Source: Octopus bimaculoides (Eukaryota). Taken from it: 64,000 nucleotides of DNA. The translations under genes and the position numbers were made by a program. The notes beneath the pieces were generated by a model. That model saw only the letters and a program-made list of their open reading frames with translations, did no database searches and was not told the DNA's origin. This document shows, piece after piece, positions 63,401 to 64,000 of this stretch. Positions within the stretch are counted from its first letter, which is position 1. Every line of letters starts with the position of its first letter. The stretch is from positions 58,894,287 through 58,958,286 of the forward strand of contig NC_068982.1 of assembly GCF_001194135.2 (NCBI RefSeq). The letters run 5' to 3'.

Positions 63401-63464
63401 TATGGAAGGGATAAGACACTGTTTTCTTCGAATGTTTAGTTAATGTGTCTTTCTGATGTTAGAC

Positions 63465-63843
63465 CGAAGGCGCAATGGCCTAGTGGTTAGGGCAGCGGAC
63501 TCGCGGTCATAGGATCGCGGTTTCGATTCCCAGAGCGGGCGTTGTGAGTATTTATTGAGCAAAAATACTTAAAGCTCCACAAGGCTCCGGCAGGGGATGG
63601 TGGCGAACCCTGCTGTACTCTTTCACCACAACTCACTCTTACTTCCTGTTTCTGTTGTGCCTGTAATTCAAAGGGTCAGCCTTGTCACACTGTGTTACGC
63701 TGAATATCTCCGAGAACTACGTTAAGGGTACACGTGTCTGTGGAGTGCTCAGCCACTTGCACGTTAATTTCACGAGCAGGCTGTTCCGTTGATCGGATTA
63801 ACTGGAACTCTCGACGTCGTAAGCGACGGAGTGCCAACACACA
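63465..63843 (+). mobile_element. Full-length SINE type A with tail X
   Basis: Exact 11-bp TSD tgatgttagac at 63454-63464 and 63844-63854. Confidence 0.95.
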
Positions 63844-64000
63844 TGATGTTAGACAATATTGTCATGACCCTAATGGTTGATGTTTTCGTAATGTCTGCTC
63901 TCGGAGTTAATACAGGTTCAGCATCGTATCTATGTTGCCCTTAGCTGAAACTTTGGTGCTGAAAGTTAAGAATGCATGAAGGGAAGTAACATTTAGTCAA

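Overview
AT-rich, microsatellite-saturated animal non-coding DNA with 15 N-gaps, most bordered by simple repeats. The repeat content resembles octopus/coleoid genomes; this is inferred from remembered repeat types, not from a database search. No host protein-coding gene, tRNA or rRNA can be supported. Nearly all ORFs in the track come from (TA)n, (CA)n, (GA)n or (GGT)n tracts, N-gaps or decayed transposons. The window is a dense collection of mobile elements. There are four tRNA-headed SINE types (my labels A, B, C, D; five copies show 11-13 bp target-site duplications) and an unassigned repeat F. LINE remnants include a CR1/L2-like RT and 3' end, an RLE-type element, and an RTE with an inverted 5' part. 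Also present are Penelope-like GIY-YIG and hammerhead-like tails, mariner, Tc1 and PIF/Harbinger transposase remnants, and a three-copy hAT-type MITE. The most interesting signals are: (1) a LINE 3' end sharing its terminal ~39 nt with SINE B, suggesting a LINE-SINE partner pair; (2) head/tail module swapping among the SINEs (A-X, A-Y, D-Y, D-Z, B-X); (3) hammerhead-ribozyme-like cores in Penelope-type tails; (4) two long hairpins and a perfect 34-bp palindrome of telomeric repeats; (5) an inverted RTE insertion in a (TATG)n tract. None is shown to be a new biological system; they are testable leads. Boundaries of decayed elements are approximate.
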